Source: Gemmataceae bacterium (GTDB taxonomy: Bacteria > Planctomycetota > Planctomycetia > Gemmatales > HRBIN36). From it: a stretch of DNA of 64,000 nucleotides. The translations under genes and the position numbers were made by a program. A model generated the notes under the pieces. That model saw only the letters and a list, made by a program, of their open reading frames with translations, was not told the origin of the DNA and ran no database searches. Positions within the stretch are counted from its first letter, which is position 1. Every line of letters starts with the position of its first letter. The stretch lies in contig PSKW01000011.1 in the NCBI GenBank assembly GCA_040289265.1, positions 14,632 through 78,631 on the forward strand, written 5' to 3'. Shown here one piece after another: positions 9,797-19,245 of the stretch.

Positions 9797-11002
9797 CTAG
9801 CGAAAAGCACAGGGGGATATGCCACTTGCGCAAGAGAGCGCTCTGGAGGTTACCCCTGACCCCGGGGGCAGGTCGAAATCGAAAGCCCTCTGACGCCAGA
9901 AGTTGCTCGCGCACCTGCGACCCCTCAGGGTCAAGAAAGGCGCCGCGCGAGCAAGAATGACCCCCAAACGCGCCAAATCACGCAAAGAAGCCACTTCCTT
10001 TCGGCTGGCAACGATCCTCTGCGCTGTCCGTGGACCTATCCCAGGAACACGCACCAGGACATCCTCGGAAGCACGGGTGATTTCGACTGGAAAAAATTCA
10101 GGATGAAGTTGCGCCCACAGCCATTTGGGGTCCGCGTCCAAAGGTAACTGGCTGCGACTGTCAAAGGGCAGTTCGTGTGGCTGGAAACGATACTCTCGGA
10201 CCAGCGCTTCCGCCTGGTACAGCCTATGCTCCCGCAACAACGAGGTAGCTGGATGATGCTCCATAGGCGTCTGACGAATAGGTTGGAAAGCGGCAAAATG
10301 CACACGGCGCAAACGGTAGCGCCGGACCAACGCACATGCCGTATGCACAAGATCCCGATCCGTCTCATTCGTGGCTCCGACCAACACCTGAGTGGTGACT
10401 CCCGCCGGCACGAGCCGTTCCGCATGGTTCCGCCGTACATGGTCAATCTGCTGAATTGCAGGAAGTATCTGTTCGGCGAGCGATTTTTCCGGAGCGATGC
10501 TGCGCAAACCAGCTTCTGTCGCAGCCTCGAGATTGATGGAAACCCGGCTGGCCAGTTGGCAGGCTTTTTGGATCTGCGCCGCGTCGGCGCCCGGCAAAAT
10601 TTTGAGATGAATGTATCCCGTGAACCCGTAGCGCTTGCGAATAAGCTCCACGGCGTCCAGCATGCGATCCATCATAGCTTGGGAGCGGCCGGGAATGCCG
10701 CTGGTCAAAAACAGACCGTCTGCAAGATCAGCCCGAACCAGACTGTCGAATACGCGCGCCAACTCGTCGGGACGTACGACGGTGCGTACGATGTTCCGAT
10801 CACGCCTCGCTGGGCAATAATGACAGTTCAAAACACAAGCGTTGGTCATGAGCAGGCTCATCAAACGCAGCCTATTGCTGCCAGTAGGATGAAAAACCCA
10901 GCGGCACTTGTACCCACGCCGCAGAGGCCGCCCAGCGCTCATGCCGGCAAGCTCTGTGCGTACCGATCCTGCCAGAATGTCCAATCGTTTGTCCAAGTCC
11001 AT
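9797..11002 (-). CDS. Putative DNA modification/repair radical SAM protein (TIGR03916-like) with C-terminal helix-hairpin-helix
   Basis: CxxxCxxC (CVLNCHYC), GLFLTSG, GYIHLKILPGA, RVSINLE, REHRLYQA, DPKWLWA, HhH RVPGIGPRTA; GGAGG SD. Confidence 0.9.
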   Translation of the reverse strand: MDLDKRLDILAGSVRTELAGMSAGRPLRRGYKCRWVFHPTGSNRLRLMSLLMTNACVLNCHYCPARRDRNIVRTVVRPDELARVFDSLVRADLADGLFLTSGIPGRSQAMMDRMLDAVELIRKRYGFTGYIHLKILPGADAAQIQKACQLASRVSINLEAATEAGLRSIAPEKSLAEQILPAIQQIDHVRRNHAERLVPAGVTTQVLVGATNETDRDLVHTACALVRRYRLRRVHFAAFQPIRQTPMEHHPATSLLREHRLYQAEALVREYRFQPHELPFDSRSQLPLDADPKWLWAQLHPEFFPVEITRASEDVLVRVPGIGPRTAQRIVASRKEVASLRDLARLGVILARAAPFLTLRGRRCASNFWRQRAFDFDLPPGSGVTSRALSCASGISPCAFR

Positions 11003-11176
11003 ACTTCAGTCCTCCCTGGATGCTCAGCTTTGCTCGATCTGAGCCACTTGGAAAATCTTGAGCTGTGTCCAAAGGATGCCCAAACATAAAATGCAGACGG
11101 CTTGCGTGCTGGCCGCGTGCGCTGACTCCTATGGGCACTCCGCGTAAAGGTAAACTGTCGCACCGTCGCCGTTGTA

Positions 11177-11190
11177 TGTACAAAAGTACA
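11177..11190. promoter_or_regulatory. Palindromic operator TGTAC-AAAA-GTACA (candidate LexA/SOS box)
   Basis: Perfect 5-4-5 inverted repeat overlapping the predicted -10 box of the radical SAM gene promoter. Confidence 0.65.
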
Positions 11191-11216
11191 CTATCGCCGC
11201 ATGAGCGGCACGTCAA
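11188..11216 (-). promoter_or_regulatory. Sigma70-type promoter for the radical SAM gene
   Basis: Minus strand reads TTGACG (11216-11211), 17-nt spacer, TAGTGT (11193-11188). Confidence 0.6.
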
Positions 11217-11297
11217 GCCCAAACAACTTATCGTGCCCCAACTTTTTCCTCTGTCCAATTTTTCTCGACCTCGTCTTTCTGGCCGATCCAATTGACC

Positions 11298-11325
11298 TTG
11301 CACCTATACCGAATACCGGCATAAT
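11298..11325 (+). promoter_or_regulatory. Possible sigma70-type promoter for the wHTH-ATPase operon
   Basis: TTGCAC, 16-nt spacer, CATAAT. Confidence 0.4.
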
Positions 11326-11475
11326 TCCTCGATCGGTACCGACAGCGAGCAGCCTGAAGCGGTACAACTGCCCCAGAGGATCTTTGGGCTACGTGTAAAC
11401 GATGGGCGGCTAGCTCCCACGAAGTGGTTCGGGATCCTGGGTCGAGCAGGCTCTCGCCTAGCCTATGCGCCCGGA

Positions 11476-12279
11476 GTGTATTCCATGGCGGATCAAGTGG
11501 AAAACCTAGTCCTGGATTCTTTGGCGAAGTCGCTCTTCTACCCCGATGGACTGCCGCTTTACAAGGCCCGTGGTCGGGAGGGGCTTTTCCCTAGATCTTC
11601 CGCAGGCAAAAAGGCGGCTCAGCTTTGCCTCGAACAAGGCCTTTTGGTTTTGGATTCGCATCCAGCCGAAGAACGGGCACGCCTGACTGCGCGCGGCGAG
11701 GAACTTCTGGCGCGGCTGCGGCACTGGGGACCTGTGCTGGAAGAACTCGACAAAGCGGTCCGTTCCCTGTGCTCTGAACTGACAGCACAAGCCCAGCGGA
11801 TGGATGAGTTGCGGCATCATCTGACTCGGGCCCTCGAATGGATAGCCTTGCACATTCGCGACCAGCCAACGGGTCTTGCACTGACATCCCTGCGCGCCGC
11901 CAGCACCGATGGACACGTTGAACAGCAGATCCAGATATATCTGCGCCAGTGGGAGGACAAACACCCTCAATTGGATTGCCCGTTTTCCGAATTGTACGCT
12001 GGGCTGCAAGGCATGTCCGGTGCTCCGGCGGTGGGTGTTTTCCAGGACGCACTCCGGCATCTGGCGGCTCGCGGCACCGTGTGCCTCCACCCGTGGACCG
12101 GCCCGCTGGCAGAAATCCCGGTACCAGAGTTGGCCTTTTTGCATGGCCACGCGCTCGTTTATTATGCCAGCAGTCGGGCCCAAGCGAACGCATTGACTGC
12201 ACAAGTCAGTCAGACACAGCGTGGCAACGGCTCAGGCTGCGAACGGGGCGTTTCTTTGACGCAAGGAAGCGTGCAATGA
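11476..12279 (+). CDS. Hypothetical protein with putative N- and C-terminal winged-helix domains and a central coiled coil
   Basis: ARLTARGEELL wing-like motif, amphipathic central segment, C-terminal PFSELY...FQDALRHL...HPW. Stop overlaps the next start (ATGA). True start may be ATG 11485. Confidence 0.7.
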   Translation: MYSMADQVENLVLDSLAKSLFYPDGLPLYKARGREGLFPRSSAGKKAAQLCLEQGLLVLDSHPAEERARLTARGEELLARLRHWGPVLEELDKAVRSLCSELTAQAQRMDELRHHLTRALEWIALHIRDQPTGLALTSLRAASTDGHVEQQIQIYLRQWEDKHPQLDCPFSELYAGLQGMSGAPAVGVFQDALRHLAARGTVCLHPWTGPLAEIPVPELAFLHGHALVYYASSRAQANALTAQVSQTQRGNGSGCERGVSLTQGSVQ

Positions 12280-14441
12280 CTCCGGCTTTTGCACTAGAAG
12301 ACAAGCAGGCCCATCTCCACAGGCGGGCATTGGAAGCTCTGCGCAGAGCTGGCAATCCTTTCCGCAATTACTTCGCCAGGCATCCGGATGACGAAGTTTG
12401 TGCCCGCTATCATGTGCCCGATCTCTACGCCCGAGAGCGGGAAATCCTTTTGGCGGTCGTGGATCTGTATCGCTTCGATCCCACCATGCATTCGGAGGTG
12501 ATTCCGATCCTCGGCGCCAAGGGGGCCGGCAAAACCCATTTGTTGTATTCGATCAAGCACGGTCCGAGCAAAGGGCACCAACTTTTGGTGACACCGGGCA
12601 CTTTTCAAAAAGACGTGGACTTTTTGGAGTATCTGCTTTTTCAGGTCATAGACACTTTATTGGCGGGCAGCAAACAACAGGGTGAGCGGCCCCTCGTATA
12701 TATCAGCGAGGAATGGACCCGGCAGCTGCTCCTGCAGGCGCTGCAAACAACGGCTACAGTTGGGGATACCCGGCGCCAGGGTAGAGCGCGACGTACCTGG
12801 AGCCTCTGGAAAAGTCTTTGGGGGTCTGGTTCGGATGGCGACAACCTCCGCTGGCTGGCCCAGGTCCTGTCTCGTCCCAAGCGGCACCCCCTGCCGTTAT
12901 TGTGTCGTGAAGCCGGCCTCGATGAACAATCCATCGTCGTCTGGCTGCAAGAGCATCTGGATCGAACCGAAGTACGCAACACGTCGGGTCGGCTGCGACG
13001 CCATCTGAGCGATGGGCTGGTACGTGCCTGTTTATTGCAAGATGAAAAAGTCCTGGCCGACTTTTTGACCAACGGTTTTGCCGAGTTGGAATACCATGTT
13101 CGGCCCAGTCGTCAGGAGCTGGTCCTGGCGCTGTTCAAGACACTTATGGAGGCCCTGGCGCGCCTGCACGTCCCCGTAGTCATCGCTTTCGATCAACTGG
13201 AAGACTTGCTTTTGGTACGACGTACCGACGACGCGCGCAAGGTGAGCGAGTCGTTTTTCGCTGGCCTGGTGCAGGCGATGCACCAACTCGATGGCCTGCT
13301 TTTCCTCATTTTCGCCGAGCGGGGACTTTGGAATCGCTTCATCCCTTCCCTGGACGGCTACATTCAAGACCGGCTGCTGAATCCTTTGCATGTGCCGGGT
13401 TTGGGAACAGTGAAAACGGTGCGCTTGGAGCCCCCGGGAGAAGAACTCGTCCGTCAAGTGGTCGCGGCACGGCTGCGTCCAACTCTGGAAGAGCTCCCCG
13501 ATTTCACTTCGCTGAGCCCGCTCTTCCCCTTCCAGGACGAACAAGTGAGCCGTATCGCGCACACCGAGCCGACCTTGCGCGACATGCTGCAGCAATTTCG
13601 CAAATTGTTCGACCACTTGGTGTATGGCGAAGCATCCCAAGAGCCATATGTAATCGAAGAACGGCTGCGTCCGGCCGGTGCCGTACGTGCCACTACGCAC
13701 GAGCCGTCGGCTGGTTCAGCACCGGAATCTGCGCCGATGGCACACCAGGAGGCACAGACCGGTGAAGCGCCCGCAGTAGTCATCGAATCGGTGACCCTGG
13801 TGCACGCTCCGCAGCCGCCATCGGGGATCGCAGACCTGTGGGCTCAAGAGATCCACCAAGCACGGGAGCGGCTCAGTCCCGAGGGAGCGATCACGGGGGC
13901 AACACGAGAACTGCAAGCCGGTCTCGGTACCCTGTTGCAGACCTTTATGGATCATGGCGTCAAGGCAAACGCCTGGCGCTTGCATCACGTGGTCCCAGAG
14001 TTCACCTTCGGCGATCATCCCACTTATGGCGTGATCTCACTAGCCCACTGGGTATGCAAGGACAGCCCACCGTGGCGCTTGGCTTTGGGCTTGTTCCTCG
14101 GTCGTGGCCCTGGCAAACTCAAAGATTTACAAACCAAACTGACCGTCTTCGGTCTTTCTCCGGCGGTGACAGATGCCCTGGTTTTGCTGCGTCCTGCCGA
14201 CGACCTCAATCTGTCCGGCAAAACGCGCTCCCTTTGGGACGAAGCCGCTCAGAGAGGCTGGCCGCTACGCTTGGAGCCCCTGGATCTGAACGAGTTGGCT
14301 ATCCTCTATGCCTTCCCGCGCTGGCTGGCAGCGGTTCAGGAATCGCTACCCACCGGTGAAGCCTTGCCAAACTTGGCTGAATTCCTACAGGATCGTTGCG
14401 ACACCCTGCTCCATAAAATCAGCATGCCCGCCGTGACCTGA
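12276..14441 (+). CDS. Uncharacterised P-loop AAA+/STAND-like ATPase with a C-terminal alpha/beta domain
   Basis: Walker A GAKGAGKT, Walker B VVIAFDQLED, conserved DRL motif, Pro/Ala linker, C-terminal domain; translationally coupled to the upstream gene. Confidence 0.85.
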   Translation: MTPAFALEDKQAHLHRRALEALRRAGNPFRNYFARHPDDEVCARYHVPDLYAREREILLAVVDLYRFDPTMHSEVIPILGAKGAGKTHLLYSIKHGPSKGHQLLVTPGTFQKDVDFLEYLLFQVIDTLLAGSKQQGERPLVYISEEWTRQLLLQALQTTATVGDTRRQGRARRTWSLWKSLWGSGSDGDNLRWLAQVLSRPKRHPLPLLCREAGLDEQSIVVWLQEHLDRTEVRNTSGRLRRHLSDGLVRACLLQDEKVLADFLTNGFAELEYHVRPSRQELVLALFKTLMEALARLHVPVVIAFDQLEDLLLVRRTDDARKVSESFFAGLVQAMHQLDGLLFLIFAERGLWNRFIPSLDGYIQDRLLNPLHVPGLGTVKTVRLEPPGEELVRQVVAARLRPTLEELPDFTSLSPLFPFQDEQVSRIAHTEPTLRDMLQQFRKLFDHLVYGEASQEPYVIEERLRPAGAVRATTHEPSAGSAPESAPMAHQEAQTGEAPAVVIESVTLVHAPQPPSGIADLWAQEIHQARERLSPEGAITGATRELQAGLGTLLQTFMDHGVKANAWRLHHVVPEFTFGDHPTYGVISLAHWVCKDSPPWRLALGLFLGRGPGKLKDLQTKLTVFGLSPAVTDALVLLRPADDLNLSGKTRSLWDEAAQRGWPLRLEPLDLNELAILYAFPRWLAAVQESLPTGEALPNLAEFLQDRCDTLLHKISMPAVT

Positions 14442-14751
14442 ACTTTTCGTTTACCCATGCTGGATCGGGGGCCAGCGCGATCCACGCCGTGCGCCCGGCC
14501 AATTCCGTGGCTAGGCATTGGTCGCGGCAAACCCGCACAGCCGCGCATGCAGTACCTCCGGCAGCTCGACTCTCTAAAGCTTTGCCAGGCGCTCTTGTTT
14601 CGTATCGCTGCAGTTTTTAGTGTGGGTGCAGGTATTTATCCGTGCGATGCCTCTGCCCAGCCTTTCGCAAGCACAGGCGAGCGTTCGACAAGTCTGGCCG
14701 TCAGATACACCCAGCTTACCATAATGCATAAAGCGGGCGAGGTAGTGTTGG

Positions 14752-17700
14752 ATGGGTTTGGCCCGACGAGCAAAAGAGGTAACGGCCGTGTGGCGCGTAA
14801 TCTTCGTTACTGGTCTCGCTGCGTTTCTTGTGTGTCGTGCCCCCCTGTCGCTGACCAACCGTGCCCAAGAGAGAAAGAACGAGAGGTCCCATGCGGCGAA
14901 AGCCTCCCCGCTGGAACCGCACGAAGAGGCGCAGACGTTTCGACTGCTCCCAGGTCTGCGCATCGAGCTAGTGGCCTGCGAGCCCCAGGTAATAGATCCG
15001 GTAGCCATGACTTTCGATGAAGCGGGACGGCTTTATGTCGTGGAAATGCCAAGCTATCCCAACGGTGGCATCGGCGAAGGGACTCCTGCCATCGCGGGTC
15101 GGGTCAAGGTGCTGGCCGATCGCGATGGGGACGGTTTTTTCGAAACTGCTTCCACCTTTGCCGACGATTTGCGGTTTCCTACAGGTATCACGCCTTGGCG
15201 CGACGGCGTGTTCGTAGCCAATGCCCCGGACCTGCTTTATTTGCGCGATACCGATGGCGACGGCCGGGCCGACGAGCGCCGGGTGGTGTACACCGGCTTC
15301 GGTACTTACAACATCCAACAGCTGCTCAACGCCTTGCAGTTTCATTTGGACAATTGGATCCACGGATGTAACGGTATCAACGGCGGCATCGTCAAGCCCG
15401 GCCCTGGGTTGCAGTTCGAGCCTCTACCTCTATTGGGACGGCACATCCGCTTCCGCCCGGACGATTGGTCGCGGATCGAAGCCACATCCGGCGGCGGTCA
15501 ATACGGCATGGCTTGCGATGACTGGGGCAACTGGTTCACATGCACCAATAGTCAGCATTTGCGGCACATTGTGGTGCCGGATCGCTATCTCAAGCGGCAT
15601 CCTGGATTGGCCCCCACAGGTGTGGTGCGCGACATCCCAGACGGTGTTGACGAACACATCGCCGCTGCGCGAGTGTTTCGTATCAGTCCTTTCGAAGCGT
15701 GGCGACTGGAGCGCACCGAGCGACGTGCTCGCGATCCGGACTTGAGCCGGCGTCTTTCTCCCACCGAGCTGGTTCCGGGTGGCTATATCACCTCCGCCTG
15801 CGGCGTACTGGTGTACAATGGCGGGCTCCTCGGCAGCCAGTACGAGGGAGACACCCTGGTGTGCGACCCAGCCAACAATCTCGTGCACCGAGATCGTCTG
15901 GTTGCCGATGGCGTCAGTTTTCTGGCGCGCCGCGTGGACCGCGGGTGCGAGTTCTTGGCGTCCACCGACACATGGTTTCGTCCTGTGTTCCTCTGTTTGG
16001 GTCCCGAGGGAGCCGTCTATATCGCCGATTTCTACCGCGAAGTGATCGAGACACCTTTGTCGCTACCGGAGGATATTCAAAAGCGGTACAATCTGCAAAG
16101 TCGCGGGCGCGGCCGCATCTGGCGTGTCGTGCCTGCCTCGGGTGCCCCTCGGCGGGGTGCGCCGTTGAAGCAGCGCTCGGAACTTGACTGGGTCGCCAGT
16201 TTGGAAAGCGTCAATAGCTGGGAGCGCCTGACAGCGCAGCGTTTACTGGTCGAGCGTGGCACGGTATCGCCTGAGGCGCTGGAAAAGCTGCGGCAAAAGG
16301 CGACGTCTGCCGAGCGGCCCCAGGGCCGGCTCCATGCCTTATGGACTTTGGAAGGGCTGCGCCGACTCGATCCAACTCTGATACGACGCGCGCTCTCGGA
16401 TCCCTGCCCCCGTATTCGCGAACATGCGTTGAAGTTAGCCGAGCCGCTCCTGGACAAGGACGCCGATCTGCTAGCCGCCGCACTTCGATTACAAGATGAC
16501 GAGGACCTGCGGGTCCGGTTCCAGCTGGCATTCACTCTTGGAGAGTCGAACAGTCCGCTGGCAACCCGGGGACTAGCCTATTTGGCAGCCCGCGATGGCC
16601 AGGATGGCTACTTGCAAACGGCTATCCTGAGCTCCTGTCGTGGCCGCGAGGCGCTGCTGCTCAGTCATCTGCAACACCACAAGCACCTGCCACCTGCCTT
16701 TGCCCGTGCCCTGGGCATGCTCTTGGCGCGGGGAGATGCCAGACAGACGGCGCAATCGGTCGCCGCGTGGCTCCGCGAGGATCGCTTGTTGGAGCCGCCT
16801 GTCAAAGACGTGCTCGCCGGCATTGCCGACGGTTTGGCAACTCGCGGATTGTCGCTGTCGCAACTATTGGTCCAGCATGCAGGCGCTTCGAAATGGCAGG
16901 CTTTTGTCGCAGATTGTGCTTCCCATCTCGAGAACGAGCAGCTCCCGGTGCCGCAGCGTAGCGAAAGGGCGCGTTTTTTGGCCCACATGCCTTATACGAT
17001 GGTCGAGCAGCTTGCTCCCAGGATGCTCGCGCCGAGCACACCTGCGGAGCTGCAACTGGCGTGTATCCGGGCACTGGCCTATCGGCGGGAACCGGGCGTC
17101 GCCGGCCTGCTTTTGCGATTCTGGGCCGGCTACACGCCCGCTGCCAGACAAGAAGTGATCGAGGCGCTCTTCCTGCGCAGCGATCGGCTGCCCATGTTAG
17201 TAGAAGCGCTCGAGCGGGGGCAGATTGCGGCCAGTCAGCTGCCGGCAGCCAGACGCGTACAGTTGCAGACTCTGACCGATCCTAGCTTGCGTGCACGTGC
17301 TGCTGCCGCCCTCGCCAAGCTGGTCGAGGCGGATCGCCAGCGCGTGGTAAAACAGTACGAGCAAGCCCTACACGCGTCCGGCGATATCCAGCGCGGTCGT
17401 GCGGTGTTCCAGAAGCATTGCCAAACGTGCCACCGTTTGGCGGGGGAAGGGAAAGACGTAGGGCCGGACCTGGCCGCTGCCCTCAGGACGAAACTGCCCG
17501 AAACCCTACTCTCGGACCTCTTCGACCCCAGTCACGAAGTAGACCCGCGCTATGTCAACTATGTGGTGGTGACCCGTGACGGGCGTGTGCTCAGCGGCAT
17601 CATCGCCCAGGACTCGGCCAATAGCATCCTACTGCGTCGCGCCGAACAGGCCGAGGACCAGGTGCTGCGTCAGGACATCGAAGAAATACAATCTACGGCC

Positions 17701-17811
17701 AAGTCGCTCATGCCGGAGGGACTGGAGAAAGAGTTGACCGTGCGCGATGTCGCCGACCTGGCGGCTTATTTGTTCAGCGTGGTCGGTCGGCGCTGGCCGC
17801 AAAGACCTTGA
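14752..17811 (+). CDS. PVC-type membrane-bound dehydrogenase-like protein (beta-propeller, HEAT repeats, c-type heme domain)
   Basis: ELVACEPQVIDPVAMTFDEAGRLYV, DTDGDGRAD, FRPV/GPEGAVYIADFYR, HEAT repeats, CQTCH, GPDL, SLMPEGLE. Confidence 0.92.
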   Translation: MGLARRAKEVTAVWRVIFVTGLAAFLVCRAPLSLTNRAQERKNERSHAAKASPLEPHEEAQTFRLLPGLRIELVACEPQVIDPVAMTFDEAGRLYVVEMPSYPNGGIGEGTPAIAGRVKVLADRDGDGFFETASTFADDLRFPTGITPWRDGVFVANAPDLLYLRDTDGDGRADERRVVYTGFGTYNIQQLLNALQFHLDNWIHGCNGINGGIVKPGPGLQFEPLPLLGRHIRFRPDDWSRIEATSGGGQYGMACDDWGNWFTCTNSQHLRHIVVPDRYLKRHPGLAPTGVVRDIPDGVDEHIAAARVFRISPFEAWRLERTERRARDPDLSRRLSPTELVPGGYITSACGVLVYNGGLLGSQYEGDTLVCDPANNLVHRDRLVADGVSFLARRVDRGCEFLASTDTWFRPVFLCLGPEGAVYIADFYREVIETPLSLPEDIQKRYNLQSRGRGRIWRVVPASGAPRRGAPLKQRSELDWVASLESVNSWERLTAQRLLVERGTVSPEALEKLRQKATSAERPQGRLHALWTLEGLRRLDPTLIRRALSDPCPRIREHALKLAEPLLDKDADLLAAALRLQDDEDLRVRFQLAFTLGESNSPLATRGLAYLAARDGQDGYLQTAILSSCRGREALLLSHLQHHKHLPPAFARALGMLLARGDARQTAQSVAAWLREDRLLEPPVKDVLAGIADGLATRGLSLSQLLVQHAGASKWQAFVADCASHLENEQLPVPQRSERARFLAHMPYTMVEQLAPRMLAPSTPAELQLACIRALAYRREPGVAGLLLRFWAGYTPAARQEVIEALFLRSDRLPMLVEALERGQIAASQLPAARRVQLQTLTDPSLRARAAAALAKLVEADRQRVVKQYEQALHASGDIQRGRAVFQKHCQTCHRLAGEGKDVGPDLAAALRTKLPETLLSDLFDPSHEVDPRYVNYVVVTRDGRVLSGIIAQDSANSILLRRAEQAEDQVLRQDIEEIQSTAKSLMPEGLEKELTVRDVADLAAYLFSVVGRRWPQRP

Positions 17812-17832
17812 ACAAAGCCCGAGGACCGAGCC

Positions 17833-19119
17833 ATGGCCATCCACCTGGCCGTCTTTCGCGTGGACCTAACGCCTCCCGTTGGACATCCTTTGTGCGGAGG
17901 ATGGATCCGACGGGCGGTTGCCTTTTCCGAACCACTGTATGCTCTGGGAGCGGTCCTATTGGGCGACGAGCCTCCCGTGGTGCTGTGCGCCGTGGATTGG
18001 GTGGGCATTTGCAACGATGCGCACAAGCACTGGTGCCAGGCGCTGGCCCACGCCGCACACAGTACGCCCGAACGCATCGCCCTGCATACGGTGCACCAGC
18101 ACAATGCTCCTTTCGTGGATGTGACTGCTCAGCGCGAGATCGAAAAACACAAAGACTTGCCTGCCCTCATGGATATTGCGTGGTACGAGCAGGCGGTCGA
18201 GCGCACAGCCGCCGCGCTGCGCGAAGCGCTGAAAACGACTCAACGTATTACCCACTATGCATTCGGCCGGGCACGTGTCGAGCGGGTCGCTTCGAACAGA
18301 CGCGTCGTAGGTGCCGACGGCAAGATCCGCTACTGGCGCGCCAGTTCGTGCCGCGATCCGGCTGCACGGGCCGAGCCGGAAGGAACCATAGATCCCTGGC
18401 TCGCCTCGATCACCTTTTGGAGCCAAGACACTCCTGCACTCACCGTGCACTATTATGCGACCCATCCGATGAGCTATTACCGCGACGGGATCGTCACCAG
18501 CGATTTTCCGGGAATAGCCCGCGACGCCCTCGCCAAGCAAACCGGTCACCCGCATATATACTTCACCGGCTGTGCCGGCAACGTAGCCGCCGGCAAATAC
18601 AACGATGGCGACCGTGCCAACCGCTTCTTGCTCGCGCAGCGCATGTTCCAAGCTATGGAAAAAGCTTGGCGCGCCGAGCGCACAGAACTCAAAAGCTTTT
18701 CGTGGAAAACCTTACCCATGCCTTTGCCCCCGCGGGAGGATGCCGACGAGCATGACTTGCGCGCCATCATCGCCGATGCCAAGCGGCCGGTTTCGGTCCG
18801 CAATTATACGGCGATCAAACTATCCTACCGCTTGCGGGCATTGCAACAGCCGCTGTCGGCGAGCCTCCTGCGCCTGGATCCGGGCGCTGGCATTTTGCAT
18901 TTGCCCGGCGAGTGCTTCGTCGAGTACCAACTCTATGCCCAGGAGGTAGCTCGAGGAAAATCCCTGGCAGTGGCAGCCTATGGCGACGATGGGCCTTGGT
19001 ATATTCCCCTAGAAAGGTCCTTCGCCGAAGGTGGCTACGAGCCTGGCGTGGCTTTTGCTTCGCAGAAAAGCGAAACCATCGTGCGCGACACGATCCGCCG
19101 ATTGTTAACGAGCCGATAA
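17833..19119 (+). CDS. Neutral/alkaline ceramidase-like metallohydrolase
   Basis: VDLTPPVG, HTVHQHNAP, YATHP, SDFPG, FTGCAGN, LPGECFVEY, GGYE. Confidence 0.75.
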   Translation: MAIHLAVFRVDLTPPVGHPLCGGWIRRAVAFSEPLYALGAVLLGDEPPVVLCAVDWVGICNDAHKHWCQALAHAAHSTPERIALHTVHQHNAPFVDVTAQREIEKHKDLPALMDIAWYEQAVERTAAALREALKTTQRITHYAFGRARVERVASNRRVVGADGKIRYWRASSCRDPAARAEPEGTIDPWLASITFWSQDTPALTVHYYATHPMSYYRDGIVTSDFPGIARDALAKQTGHPHIYFTGCAGNVAAGKYNDGDRANRFLLAQRMFQAMEKAWRAERTELKSFSWKTLPMPLPPREDADEHDLRAIIADAKRPVSVRNYTAIKLSYRLRALQQPLSASLLRLDPGAGILHLPGECFVEYQLYAQEVARGKSLAVAAYGDDGPWYIPLERSFAEGGYEPGVAFASQKSETIVRDTIRRLLTSR

Positions 19120-19245
19120 ACCCATTGCAGAGGGGTCATGTCGCGTTTTCGGTGCTGACTGTCCCGTATCCTGACGGGACAGCGCTCTGGATTCTCGAAG
19201 GACAGCGCATACGCTCGCCGCCGGCGTGTCCATCACGTTCGGTGG

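Noticed and set aside
11238-11297. Short CCAA(C/T)TT direct repeats upstream of the wHTH-ATPase operon
   Set aside because: Short, degenerate and irregularly spaced in a pyrimidine-rich tract; not enough to call iterons or operators.
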